From: Obrimoposthia wandeli
Lineage: Eukaryota
Direction of reading: 5' to 3'
NCBI GenBank assembly: GCA_977020255.1
Contig: CDROCS010006357.1
Span: 186,001-237,818, forward strand
Length of the DNA stretch: 51,818 nucleotides
Shown here piece by piece: positions 9,255 through 18,113 of this stretch. The position numbers and the translations under genes are program-made. The notes under the pieces were generated by a model. It did not search any database and had not been told where the DNA came from. It saw nothing but the letters and a program-made list of their open reading frames with translations. Every line of letters begins with the position of its first letter. Within the stretch, counting starts at the first letter, position 1.

Positions 9255-9905
9255 TTACGCTAGCTGTACTAAATGCTTAACCAGCTTATTGATCCCACTT
9301 GCCGCTTCAGAAATACTTCCCGCTAACATGTAAGCGGGTGTTGTTAGTAGCCGACGCTTTTGATCCAATACAAAATCATCTACAGGGCAATTGATATGCT
9401 CACCGCCCATTGCGTTAAATGCTTTTGCGGTTTCAGGATCGGTTCCTATTGTACCTTTTGCTCCAGGCCCATAGATCGCAGGGATCATGGTTGGTGCAAT
9501 ACATAAATACGCTGCTGGCTTTTCTTCTTGGGCAAAAGCTAGGCAAACTTTTTTAACATCAGGATTGATTTCGTATTTTGCCTCTTTAATCGCAAAATTG
9601 GATAAATTCTTTGCTACCCCAAAGCCACCTGGGATCAATAGCGCATCATACTCAATGGGCTTTAGATGCACGATATCTTCAATGTTACCGCGAGCGATAC
9701 GTGCCGCTTCGATCAATACATTCCGCGTTTCTGTTGTTTCTTCGCCAGTCAGGTGGTTAATCACATGGTATTGATCAATGCTGGGGGCAAAACAATGCCA
9801 GCTAGCCCCTTCTTGCTCGATAGCCAATAGGGCTAAAACGGTTTCATGTATTTCAGAACCATCAAATACGCCAGAGCCGCTTAAAATAACTGCAATTTTC
9901 TTCAT
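9255..9905 (-). CDS. elbB: ElbB/ES1 family (DJ-1/PfpI) glyoxalase
   Basis: MKKIAVILSGSGVFDGSEIHE, EAARIARG, PGGFGVAKNL, CIAP, TTPAYMLA. Start taken at ATG 9905 rather than 9926. Confidence 0.92.
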   Translation of the reverse strand: MKKIAVILSGSGVFDGSEIHETVLALLAIEQEGASWHCFAPSIDQYHVINHLTGEETTETRNVLIEAARIARGNIEDIVHLKPIEYDALLIPGGFGVAKNLSNFAIKEAKYEINPDVKKVCLAFAQEEKPAAYLCIAPTMIPAIYGPGAKGTIGTDPETAKAFNAMGGEHINCPVDDFVLDQKRRLLTTPAYMLAGSISEAASGINKLVKHLVQLA

Positions 9906-9966
9906 ATTGGCTTCCTTCCTAAACAAAATAGACTGTTTTTACTTTAGCAGATGGTTATTTTTGAAC

Positions 9967-10129
9967 GATCTGTTAACTTTTTCCACAATTAATGATCATT
10001 TTAAGATCTAGGATCGTTTTTTGCTTTTTCATTTAACAGTTTGATTTTAATCGACTTTACTGCGTTGATTTGATTGTTTTAAAATATTGATCAGATTTAA
10101 AAAATTAAATACTAACAAAGTTATCCACA
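9967..10129. promoter_or_regulatory. DnaA boxes and GATC cluster in the elbB-polA divergent promoter region
   Basis: TTTTCCACA 9979-9987 and perfect TTATCCACA 10121-10129; GATC at 9967, 9994, 10005, 10012, 10089. Confidence 0.65.
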
Positions 10130-10291
10130 GATTTTGGTGCGTAAGTGGAAAACATAAGTTAACACTTGTCGTCTCTCATGGCATTCTAGTGTCTTACACC
10201 ACAGTTTTTGATTTTTCAGTGTTGAGCATGCCAAAATCTGTGCGATGTGGCACTTTCTAATCTTTCATCCCCCGGATATAAGAATATCTCT

Positions 10292-13063
10292 ATGGCAACT
10301 ATCCCAGAAAATCCACTCATCCTAATTGATGGATCATCTTATCTTTACCGTGCTTATCATGCCTCGCCTAATTTCACTAATTCAGAGGGTGAACCAACAG
10401 GTGCAGTATATGGTGTGGTGAACATGCTACGCAGCTTATTACGTCAATTCTCGACTGAACATATTGCTGTGATCTTCGATGCAAAAGGCAGAACATTCCG
10501 AGATGATATCTATCCGGAATATAAGGCAAATCGTCCGCCAATGCCGGATGATCTTCGAGGTCAGATTGAACCACTGCATGCTGTGATTAAAGCGATGGGC
10601 TTACCGTTGATCGCGATCTCTGGCGTTGAAGCGGATGATGTGATCGGAACATTGGCAACGCAGGCATCAAAAGCAGGTATGCCAGTACTGATTAGTACTG
10701 GTGATAAAGATATGGCACAGCTGGTTGATGAAAATGTCACGTTGATCAATACCATGACCGATGTGGTAATGGATCCTGCTGGGGTTGTAGAGAAGTTTGG
10801 GGTTGGCCCTGAATTGATCATCGACTATCTCGCACTGATGGGAGATAAAGTTGATAATATTCCTGGCGTGCCTGGGGTCGGTGAAAAAACAGCAAGAGCA
10901 TTGCTAACGGGTGTTGGTGGTCTTGATGCTATTTATGACAATTTAGACGCAATCTCTGCACTTGGCTTTCGTGGTTCTAAAACCATGTCTAAAAAGCTGG
11001 CAGATAACAAAGAATCGGCTTATATGTCGTATGAGCTTGCAACCATCAAATTGGATGTAGAGCTAGACAGTACACCGCAAGAGTTATTGAAGACAGAACC
11101 TGACACTGATGAACTAACCAGTTTATTTGGTAAATTACAGTTCCGTCGTTGGTTATCTGAAATGCTAGACGGTAGCGACGGTAAAATCGTGGCTGACGAG
11201 AAAGCATCAGAGCAAGCGACAGAAAAGAAAGTGGTTGCCCCGACAATTGATCGCAGCGGCTACGAAACGATTCTTGATGAAGCCAGCTTTAACGCGTGGT
11301 TAGAGACATTAACGGCAGCTGACATTGTTGCTTTTGATACTGAAACGGATGGCCTTGATTACATGACGGCTAACTTAGTCGGTGTATCATTTGCTGTCGA
11401 AGAAGGGAAAGCGGCTTATGTTCCCGTTGCGCATGATTATCTTGATGCGCCTGAACAGCTTGATCGTGATTGGGTACTTGCTCAGCTAAAACCGTTACTT
11501 GAAGATCCAGCTAAAAACAAAGTCGGTCAAAACCTTAAATTTGATATGAGCATCTTGGCTCGTTACGACATTAATATGCAGGGTATCAAATATGACACCA
11601 TGCTTGAGTCATACGTGTTCAATAGTGTTGTTGGCCGCCATGATATGGATAGCCTAGCACTGCGTTATCTAGAACATAAAAATATCAGTTTTGAAGACAT
11701 TGCAGGTAAAGGTAAAAAGCAGCTAACGTTTAATCAAATTGATTTAGACATTGCAGGTCCTTATGCCGCTGAAGATGCTGATATTACGCTGCGTTTACAT
11801 AATTTATTGATCGAAAAAGTCGAATCTGATGAGCAGTTAACGTCTGTATTTGAAGATATTGAAATGCCGTTGGTACCCGTACTGTCTCGTATTGAGCGTA
11901 CTGGTGTATTAATTGATAGCATGCTATTGAGTGCCCAATCGACAGAAATCGCTGCGCGCCTTGATGAATTAGAAACCAAAGCGTACGAGATTGCAGAACA
12001 AGAGTTTAACTTAAGTTCGCCGAAGCAGCTGCAAGCGATCCTATTTGAACAGATGGGCTTACCGGTTTTGAAGAAGACCCCGTCTGGTGCGCCTTCGACC
12101 AATGAAGAAGTACTGCAAGAACTGGCGTTAGATTACCCATTACCGAAGATACTTTTAGAATACCGTGGATTGGCTAAGCTGAAATCCACCTATACTGATA
12201 AGTTACCTAAAATGGTGAACCCGTCGACTGGGCGAGTGCATACTTCATACCATCAAGCGGTGACCGTAACGGGCCGCTTATCTTCAAGCGATCCTAACTT
12301 ACAAAATATTCCGGTTCGTAATGCCGAAGGGCGTCGTATTCGTCAGGCATTTATTGCCCCTACAGGCTATAAGATCCTTGCGGTCGATTACTCGCAAATT
12401 GAGTTACGTATTATGGCGCATTTATCAGGTGATAAAGCGTTATTAGAAGCGTTTAAACAAGGCAAAGATATTCACGCAGCAACCGCGGCAGAGATCTTAG
12501 GTTTACCGATTGAATCAGTCACCACTGAACAGCGTCGTCGTGCTAAAGCGATTAACTTTGGTTTGATTTATGGCATGAGTGCGTTTGGTCTCGCTAAGCA
12601 ATTGGGTATGGGTCGCAACGAAGCACAAGACTACATGAATGTGTATTTTGAACGTTACCCAGGCGTGTTGGAATATATGGAAAGCACCCGAACGCGTGCT
12701 AGTGAACAAGGGTATGTTGAAACCTTGTATGGACGACGTCTGTACTTACCTGATATTAAATCTCGTAATGGTATTCGTCGTAAAGCGGCAGAACGTGCAG
12801 CAATCAATGCGCCGATGCAGGGAACCGCTGCTGATATTATCAAACGTGCCATGGTATTGGTTGATGAATGGGTTGAACAACAAGAAACAGGGCGTGTTCG
12901 TCTATTAATGCAAGTACATGACGAACTTGTCTTTGAAGTACAAGAATCTGAGTTGGATGCGGTCTCTGCTGATGTACGTCGCTTAATGGAAGTGGCGGCA
13001 GAATTGGATGTACCTCTGATTGCAGATACAGGGGCTGGTGACAACTGGGATGAGGCGCACTAG
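10292..13063 (+). CDS. polA: DNA polymerase I
   Basis: [16 protein letters not shown] 5'-3' exonuclease; FDTET 3'-5' exonuclease; [24 protein letters not shown] polymerase motifs. Start taken at MATIPENP (10292). Confidence 0.98.
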   Translation: MATIPENPLILIDGSSYLYRAYHASPNFTNSEGEPTGAVYGVVNMLRSLLRQFSTEHIAVIFDAKGRTFRDDIYPEYKANRPPMPDDLRGQIEPLHAVIKAMGLPLIAISGVEADDVIGTLATQASKAGMPVLISTGDKDMAQLVDENVTLINTMTDVVMDPAGVVEKFGVGPELIIDYLALMGDKVDNIPGVPGVGEKTARALLTGVGGLDAIYDNLDAISALGFRGSKTMSKKLADNKESAYMSYELATIKLDVELDSTPQELLKTEPDTDELTSLFGKLQFRRWLSEMLDGSDGKIVADEKASEQATEKKVVAPTIDRSGYETILDEASFNAWLETLTAADIVAFDTETDGLDYMTANLVGVSFAVEEGKAAYVPVAHDYLDAPEQLDRDWVLAQLKPLLEDPAKNKVGQNLKFDMSILARYDINMQGIKYDTMLESYVFNSVVGRHDMDSLALRYLEHKNISFEDIAGKGKKQLTFNQIDLDIAGPYAAEDADITLRLHNLLIEKVESDEQLTSVFEDIEMPLVPVLSRIERTGVLIDSMLLSAQSTEIAARLDELETKAYEIAEQEFNLSSPKQLQAILFEQMGLPVLKKTPSGAPSTNEEVLQELALDYPLPKILLEYRGLAKLKSTYTDKLPKMVNPSTGRVHTSYHQAVTVTGRLSSSDPNLQNIPVRNAEGRRIRQAFIAPTGYKILAVDYSQIELRIMAHLSGDKALLEAFKQGKDIHAATAAEILGLPIESVTTEQRRRAKAINFGLIYGMSAFGLAKQLGMGRNEAQDYMNVYFERYPGVLEYMESTRTRASEQGYVETLYGRRLYLPDIKSRNGIRRKAAERAAINAPMQGTAADIIKRAMVLVDEWVEQQETGRVRLLMQVHDELVFEVQESELDAVSADVRRLMEVAAELDVPLIADTGAGDNWDEAH

Positions 13064-13100
13064 CGATTTTACCCCTTTTTCACAATGATACAAAGATGAG

Positions 13101-13126
13101 AGTCAGCCTAGTGCTGACTTTTTTTT
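13101..13126 (+). terminator. Intrinsic terminator of polA
   Basis: AGTCAGC-ctagt-GCTGACT followed by a T-run. Confidence 0.85.
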
Positions 13127-13240
13127 CAATGATTAATTAATCGTTATTAAAAACCGTTTGTAAAATTTAGTAACCAAATTATGAAAAAAAACTACAATTT
13201 TAACTTTTCTTATCTGCTCAATTGATATACAGTTAATGAC

Positions 13241-13342
13241 GTAGGGTACAGAGGTAAGATGTTCTATCTTTCAGACCTTTTGTTTCACGTTATTGGATTT
13301 GGCTGATTCAGCCGCCCTGGTCGATTGACCAGGGCATTTTTT
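13241..13342 (+). ncRNA. spf: Spot 42 sRNA
   Basis: GTAGGGTACAGAGGTAAGATGTTCTATCTTTCAGACCTTTT matches the E. coli Spot 42 5' end; terminator GCCCTGGTC-gatt-GACCAGGGC plus U-run; canonical position downstream of polA. Confidence 0.97.
13259..13306 (+). CDS. SpfP-like 15-aa peptide encoded within Spot 42
   Basis: SD GAGG then ATG TTC TAT ... GGC TGA = MFYLSDLLFHVIGFG; differs by one residue from the E. coli peptide as recalled. Confidence 0.7.
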   Translation: MFYLSDLLFHVIGFG

Positions 13343-13625
13343 CTTCTAAGCTACTATAAACTCTCATATCTTGTTTTCCCATCTGTTTAGATACTCCCAC
13401 ATTATTATTTTACTGACTGTTGTTTCTCTTTTTATATCTAGTGATTGTACTAAAAGCAATCGAATGGGTTGAAATGAGCCGTTATACATACTAATTATTG
13501 AAATTATCTTTTAAATTAATACATTAGGCCTCGTGGGCAAAAGCTGTTTTTATTTTTATAATGTGTAGCACGCACAATATAGAGTAATTACTTTAAAAAA
13601 GATTTTGAGCAGGTATAATAAGCAC

Positions 13626-13724
13626 AGCTTCTTGTTCATATTTGTTATTGTTTACGGGCTTTATGCCAATGAACTTACACATTCATGAAATAACCATCCT
13701 TTTCATTGAGGGTGGTTTTTTTTT
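13626..13724 (+). ncRNA. Candidate unannotated sRNA downstream of spf (possible VSsrna24 counterpart)
   Basis: TATAAT 13614-13619; U-rich body; terminator AACCATCCT/AGGGTGGTT (13692-13717) plus T-run; no gene upstream that needs this terminator. Confidence 0.6.
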
Positions 13725-13884
13725 ACCTGTTTGTTAGTGCTGTAATTAAATTCCGAAAAATAATAATACTTATTGATATAAGGCACACTTAATTATCATT
13801 AAGAATAATGATTGGGTAAAGTCTATAAAAAAGAGATAATATGGGGGGGAATACGCGATTTGGGGCAGTTATTGCGTTTATATT

Positions 13885-13959
13885 TGTGGTGAAAAAATAG
13901 ACAGAGTGTGGATAAATAACTTGCGTTGAGTTAGGAAATCATTGATGCTTTCTGGATAA
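13885..13959 (-). promoter_or_regulatory. Co-oriented DnaA-box-like cluster in the spf-yihA spacer
   Basis: TGTGGATAA 13907-13915 (perfect), TCTGGATAA 13951-13959 (1 mismatch), TGTGGTGAA 13885-13893 (2 mismatches). Confidence 0.45.
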
Positions 13960-13989
13960 ATATAAAAAACTCCTATTTCTCTCCCGTTG

Positions 13990-14036
13990 CCCCACCTGAA
14001 GGTGGGGAATTTTTATGGCTCTTTCCTTAGAGCCAT
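13990..14036. terminator. Hairpins downstream of yihA (possible terminator/3' stabiliser)
   Basis: CCCCACC-tgaa-GGTGGGG (13990-14007) and ATGGCTCT...AGAGCCAT (14015-14036); U-tract context is imperfect for the minus strand. Confidence 0.4.
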
Positions 14037-14077
14037 AAATAGACATAGTGATCCATTAATGAGTTATATTTACTCGA

Positions 14078-14764
14078 TTAATTATCGCTATTGTCCGATA
14101 ACGTTTCACCAGTGTACGTCTCACCATTTTCAGCAGCAGCAAGCATAAGTTGGCGTTCTAGTTCTGGTCCAAACCATGTATCTAGCTTACGACGAACTTG
14201 ATCAAGCCCAATGCCCTTCAATGATGAAAACAGTTCAATCTGTACATCACCACCAAAAGACTTTGATGATTCACGTACTTTTAGTAATTGTGCTTTACGT
14301 GCGCCGCTTTTCATTTTGTCGGCTTTCGTTAATAGCACTAATACTGGAAGGCGGCTTTCGATCGCCCAAAAAATCATTTGTTGGTCGAGATCTTTCATTG
14401 GGTGGCGGATATCCATTAATACCACCAAGCCTTTTAGGCATTCACGTTTTTGTAGGTATTCACCTAACGCTTTCTGCCATTTAATCTTCAGTTCTAATGG
14501 TACTTGAGCAAAACCATAACCCGGTAAATCGATTAGGTTACAACCCGTAGTCACTTCGAACATGTTAATTAATTGTGTACGGCCTGGTGTTTTAGAGGTA
14601 CGCGCTAGACCTTTTTGATCTGTAATGCGGTTAAGTGCACTTGACTTACCTGCATTGGAGCGGCCAGCAAATGCGATCTCAACGCCTGTGTCTTGTGGCA
14701 AGTGACGAATATCAGGTGCACTTGTGATGAATCCGGTATTTCTGTAGTTGAGAGGTTGATTCAC
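14078..14764 (-). CDS. yihA: Ribosome biogenesis GTP-binding protein YihA/EngB
   Basis: [27 protein letters not shown]. Start taken at GTG 14764 with SD GGAG. Confidence 0.96.
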   Translation of the reverse strand: MNQPLNYRNTGFITSAPDIRHLPQDTGVEIAFAGRSNAGKSSALNRITDQKGLARTSKTPGRTQLINMFEVTTGCNLIDLPGYGFAQVPLELKIKWQKALGEYLQKRECLKGLVVLMDIRHPMKDLDQQMIFWAIESRLPVLVLLTKADKMKSGARKAQLLKVRESSKSFGGDVQIELFSSLKGIGLDQVRRKLDTWFGPELERQLMLAAAENGETYTGETLSDNSDN

Positions 14765-14922
14765 TGTTAACTCCGTCAAGTCTTTATGTAGTCGACTGAT
14801 TACTTTTATGTAAAATTGTGTAAAATGTACCAAAACCGTGCTTGGTTTGTGGTCGCATTGTATACCATGTAACTGAGCATTACTTGTGGTACTGGAAGCT
14901 CTATAATTATAAACGGAATGTC

Positions 14923-15540
14923 ATGAAGAAATTAGCACTTATATTGGCTCTTCTTGCCAGTTGCTCTGTCTGGGCTCAAGGGAATGCAGAAGCTGGAAAA
15001 GCAAAAGCTGCAACATGCGCAGCCTGCCATGGCGCAGATGGTAATAGCATTATGGCGCAATATCCTAAAATTGCAGGACAACACCCTGGTTATATCGAAA
15101 AGCAACTTAAAGAATTTAAGTTAGCAATGACCTCTGGTGGCACGCAAGGACGTAATGATCCTATTATGGGAGGAATGGTAATGGCATTGTCTGAAGAAGA
15201 TATGTCTGACCTTGCCGCTTATTTCTCTTCATTACCTATCTCTGAAAACGCTACGCCAGAATCTTCAATTGAAGTGGGTAAGCAGTTGTATAACGTGGGT
15301 GATGCCGAACGCGGTATTGCTTCATGTACTGCTTGTCATGGTCCTCGAGGTAACGGTACTAGCCTATCAGGATTCCCTAAAATCTCTGGTCAGAATGCTG
15401 AGTACATTAAGTTACAGCTTGAGAAGTTCCGCTCTGCTCAGCGTAACAACGACATGAACTCAATGATGCAATCAGTAGCGGCAAAACTATCAGATGACGA
15501 AATCACCTCATTATCTCAATATGTTGGTGGTTTACACTAA
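14923..15540 (+). CDS. Di-heme cytochrome c4
   Basis: Signal peptide MKKLALILALLASCSVWA; two heme motifs CAACH and CTACH. Start taken at ATG 14923. Confidence 0.93.
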   Translation: MKKLALILALLASCSVWAQGNAEAGKAKAATCAACHGADGNSIMAQYPKIAGQHPGYIEKQLKEFKLAMTSGGTQGRNDPIMGGMVMALSEEDMSDLAAYFSSLPISENATPESSIEVGKQLYNVGDAERGIASCTACHGPRGNGTSLSGFPKISGQNAEYIKLQLEKFRSAQRNNDMNSMMQSVAAKLSDDEITSLSQYVGGLH

Positions 15541-15567
15541 GTACTCGTATTCCAGTATTGGTCAATG

Positions 15568-15594
15568 AAAAGGCAGCTTAGGCTGCCTTTTTTT
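15568..15594 (+). terminator. Intrinsic terminator of cytochrome c4 gene
   Basis: AAAAGGCAGC-ttag-GCTGCCTTTTTTT. Confidence 0.85.
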
Positions 15595-15706
15595 CGTTAT
15601 GTCTTCTTTATTAAAGCTAAGTACTTAGACCACATATGCAAAAGCTGCAAGTTAGTAACGAAAATTCACTATCTTTAGCGGTTAAATCGTAAAACACTGA
15701 GAGTTG

Positions 15707-15724
15707 TGTGCGAGATCCGCTATT
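15707..15724 (+). promoter_or_regulatory. UvrY/GacA(VarA)-type upstream activating sequence for the Csr RNA
   Basis: TGTGCGAGATCCGCTATT resembles the csrB box TGTGAGAGATCTCTTACA (left half near-perfect), ~150 nt upstream of the start; promoter -35 TTGAAT 15838-15843, -10 TAAAGT 15860-15865. Confidence 0.6.
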
Positions 15725-15872
15725 CGTAATAGGCCATCTAGATGATAAAGACGGTGGCTTTGAATGACTATTTCAAAAGTATCATGCAGTTAGTTCTGTT
15801 GAAATAATATTACAAAAAAATGCCAAGAGCTGGCTTGTTGAATGAATCCTGAATAGGCGTAAAGTATGCCTT

Positions 15873-16330
15873 GTCGACAGGGAATACGACGAAGGATTTG
15901 GAAGCGCTATTGATGGCATGAGCACGATGCTCGAAGGATTTACAGGATGTCTGGCGAGGAAGCCGGGTAGTTCGCAAGATGCGTAGGATCGTCACGGTTG
16001 ACACTTACGGAAAAGGTTTCTGTTGATACACCGCAGAAAATAGGTACATAAAGGATTGTGTACCCACATGGATGGTGACATTGGTTATCAGGAAGATAAC
16101 GTGCTTATGGACAGCCAGTTCAGGATGAACTGCTTTAACATGGATTGTAGCAAGGAAGATGAAAATTCATCAGGATGATGAAGAACAAAAACGTCTTGCA
16201 AGGAAAGCACAAATAACAAACGGATTATTGTCTAACCAGATTTTTATAGCTGGTTATGGGCAGACTAGACAGGATTTAGCCATATTATGGCAACCTTATA
16301 GAGCGACAGGTTTATACCTGTCGCTTTTTT
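15873..16330 (+). ncRNA. CsrB/CsrC family CsrA-sequestering RNA (~460 nt)
   Basis: Begins GTCGACAGGGA like E. coli CsrB; ~19 GGA motifs by my count (CAGGAT, AAGGAT, CAGGAA, ATGGAT, ACGGA), many in short hairpin loops; terminator AGCGACAGGT-ttat-ACCTGTCGCT plus U-run at 16302-16330. Confidence 0.93.
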
Positions 16331-16384
16331 CTTTATTAGCTTTCTGTTATGTTTCGCCTTCATTTTTCGATGGCTAAGCAATGC

Positions 16385-16928
16385 AGACATTTCTGCTATG
16401 CAATGACCTCTCGGTCAGTGAAATTAAAAATCATTTATAATCAACATGAAACTGTCTAAACAATGACGGCTATTCTTATTGTTATTAGCACGTCGTGTTT
16501 CTTTTTCGACGTACTGATAAAGCAAGAAGCCGATAGATTGGTATTCGGTTATACCCTCGATCTTACATTCTCCATAATGTTGGTCGATATAGGGTATAAT
16601 ATGGCGATATATGACTCATATTTTGCTCATGAACCTAAAGTATTAGTAAGGCACGAAGCTTTACTATTGGTACGGAAGCGATTGAACATTTTATACGCCT
16701 GCAAAGGAATGGGGGCTGCTACTTAGCATAATACACACTAGCAGAAAGCTAGAATGAATGACTAAGCTGGCAATAGATGCAGATGCCTTTGCGCAATAGC
16801 ATTACAAATACGATCCAACTCACATGCGCTTTTTTAGTCAAAATACCGTTTATTCTTTAGTAAACAGTAATGGCTACGAAGTTGATTTTGTTGGTAATGA
16901 TATGATTTTGCTGAGGAAGACCCAGTAA
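16385..16928 (+). pseudogene. Decayed class I SAM-dependent methyltransferase relic
   Basis: Fragments across frames: LSVSEIKNH/YNQHE, LVFGYTLDLTFSIML...GYNMAIYDSYFA, GTEAIEH/FYTPAKEWGLLL, MTKLAIDADAFAQ*HYKYDPTHMRFFS...VGNDMILLRKTQ*. These match the recalled family pattern GLDFGCGPGPTLSLML...MTKL...FAxWHYKNDPTH...GxDVILLRK. The stop overlaps the yihI ATG (TAATG). Confidence 0.75.
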
Positions 16929-17470
16929 TGACCCGTAAAAAAAGAAGCCGCAGTGTAGGATCAGAAGGTCCTGCAGTGTACCGCGAGAAATCAACAACAC
17001 AGGTTGATGTGGAAGCACGTAAAAGCGTGAAAGATAAAAAACGTAAAGGTTTGAAGTCTGGTAACCGTAACGCAGATGCTTTGGATCCAAAGCATTACGC
17101 GAACGGTCAAAAGAAAGACCCACGTTTAGGCAGTAAGAAACTGATCCCATTAGTGGTTGAGAAAAAACCAACAACCAAGAAAGAGCGTCGCTTAAGCGCC
17201 GAGCAAGAATTGGATATGTTGGAAAATGATTCACAATTAATGGTGCTATTAGATCGTATTGAAGCGGGCGAGAAGCTAGGTGCTGGTTTACAGAAGCAAG
17301 TGGATCAAAAACTAGACCGTATCGAACATCTAATGGGTCGTTTAGGCTTACTTGAAGTTGAAGAGCCAGAAGCCGTCGAAGAAGCACCTGTACGTAAAGG
17401 CGCTAAAACAGATGAAGACTTGCTTGATCAGTTTGAAAATATGGATCTAGATTCTTTCGGTAAGGAGTAA
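16928..17470 (+). CDS. yihI: Der GTPase-activating protein YihI
   Basis: Basic N-terminus, GLKSGNR, KDPRLGSKKLIPL, LSAEQELDMLEND, acidic tail. Confidence 0.93.
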   Translation: MTRKKRSRSVGSEGPAVYREKSTTQVDVEARKSVKDKKRKGLKSGNRNADALDPKHYANGQKKDPRLGSKKLIPLVVEKKPTTKKERRLSAEQELDMLENDSQLMVLLDRIEAGEKLGAGLQKQVDQKLDRIEHLMGRLGLLEVEEPEAVEEAPVRKGAKTDEDLLDQFENMDLDSFGKE

Positions 17471-17473
17471 CCG

Positions 17474-17953
17474 TTGCAGGATATGACGCTTTGGTTAGGC
17501 TTGGGCGGCAGTATTATTGTCGCACTAGCGATATATGCTGGTTATTTATTGTTTAAGGTATATCAGCAACATCAACACCATAAAGCTTTTTTGAAGCGTG
17601 CAGCGCTTCAGCAAGCAGAGCAAATAAAAACGCGTAATACCAATATTATGGATAGCGTGTTTATTATTGCTGATGCCGGAAAACAAGCACAATGTGACAT
17701 GTCAGAAGTAACCATTCGTTTATATAAGCTGATGGAAGTATTACAAGCTGAACAACATATTGATTTTGCCAGCAAGTTCCCTGCGATGTTTGAGCTTTAT
17801 CATGTTGTAAGAGACATGCCACGTGGTGATGCCCGTAATATGATTCAAAAGAAAGAGCGAATGAAGCTCGATCTAGAGCGTATGAAAGCAGAAGCGCGAC
17901 TACAAGATACAATTAAGTTAGAGCTCGACGATATCCTGTCAATGAAACCATAA
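17474..17953 (+). CDS. DUF2489-like membrane-anchored protein
   Basis: N-terminal TM helix (ALAIYAGYLL), QCDMSEVTIRL, typical position between yihI and hemN. Confidence 0.75.
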   Translation: MQDMTLWLGLGGSIIVALAIYAGYLLFKVYQQHQHHKAFLKRAALQQAEQIKTRNTNIMDSVFIIADAGKQAQCDMSEVTIRLYKLMEVLQAEQHIDFASKFPAMFELYHVVRDMPRGDARNMIQKKERMKLDLERMKAEARLQDTIKLELDDILSMKP

Positions 17954-18113
17954 TGAGTAGCCAGTCTACCTATTATTGAGTACTCACCATCTAGGTCATT
18001 TGATCTAGGTGGTATTTTCCTCGGCCAAGAACCAGTAAGTGTTCTACATCTTTCTTGAGTGTGGCACACTGATCATCGAATTTATTCCCCCTTACAAATA
18101 GTGGAAGTACGTC

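Noticed and set aside
13561-13577. CRP-like site TGTG-N7-CACA upstream of the candidate sRNA
   Set aside because: Spacing is one base short of TGTGA-N6-TCACA, so not called.
13786-13812. Fur-like AT-rich palindrome CTTAATTATCATTAAG
   Set aside because: Only one half-site matches, it lies in very AT-rich DNA, and there is no associated promoter.
15873-16290. GGA-repeat region as a possible CRISPR or repeat array
   Set aside because: Repeats are 5-7 nt with irregular spacing, which is the CsrA-binding pattern.
15810-16377. ORFs 15810-16004(-) and 16159-16377(+)
   Set aside because: They overlap the CsrB-type RNA and its terminator; no protein features.
16463-16726. 87-aa ORF as an independent novel small protein
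   Set aside because: No SD; it is a frame fragment of the methyltransferase pseudogene.
16857-17387. 176-aa antisense ORF over yihI, and other long antisense ORFs (e.g. 42699-43277, 21059-21454, 12655-13044)
   Set aside because: Shadow frames of well-conserved genes, with no SD or family motifs.
17975-18011. Short repeats (ATCTAGGT x2, TGAGTACTCA) and an FNR-like half-site before hemN
   Set aside because: No full TTGAT-N4-ATCAA; the repeats are too short to be significant.
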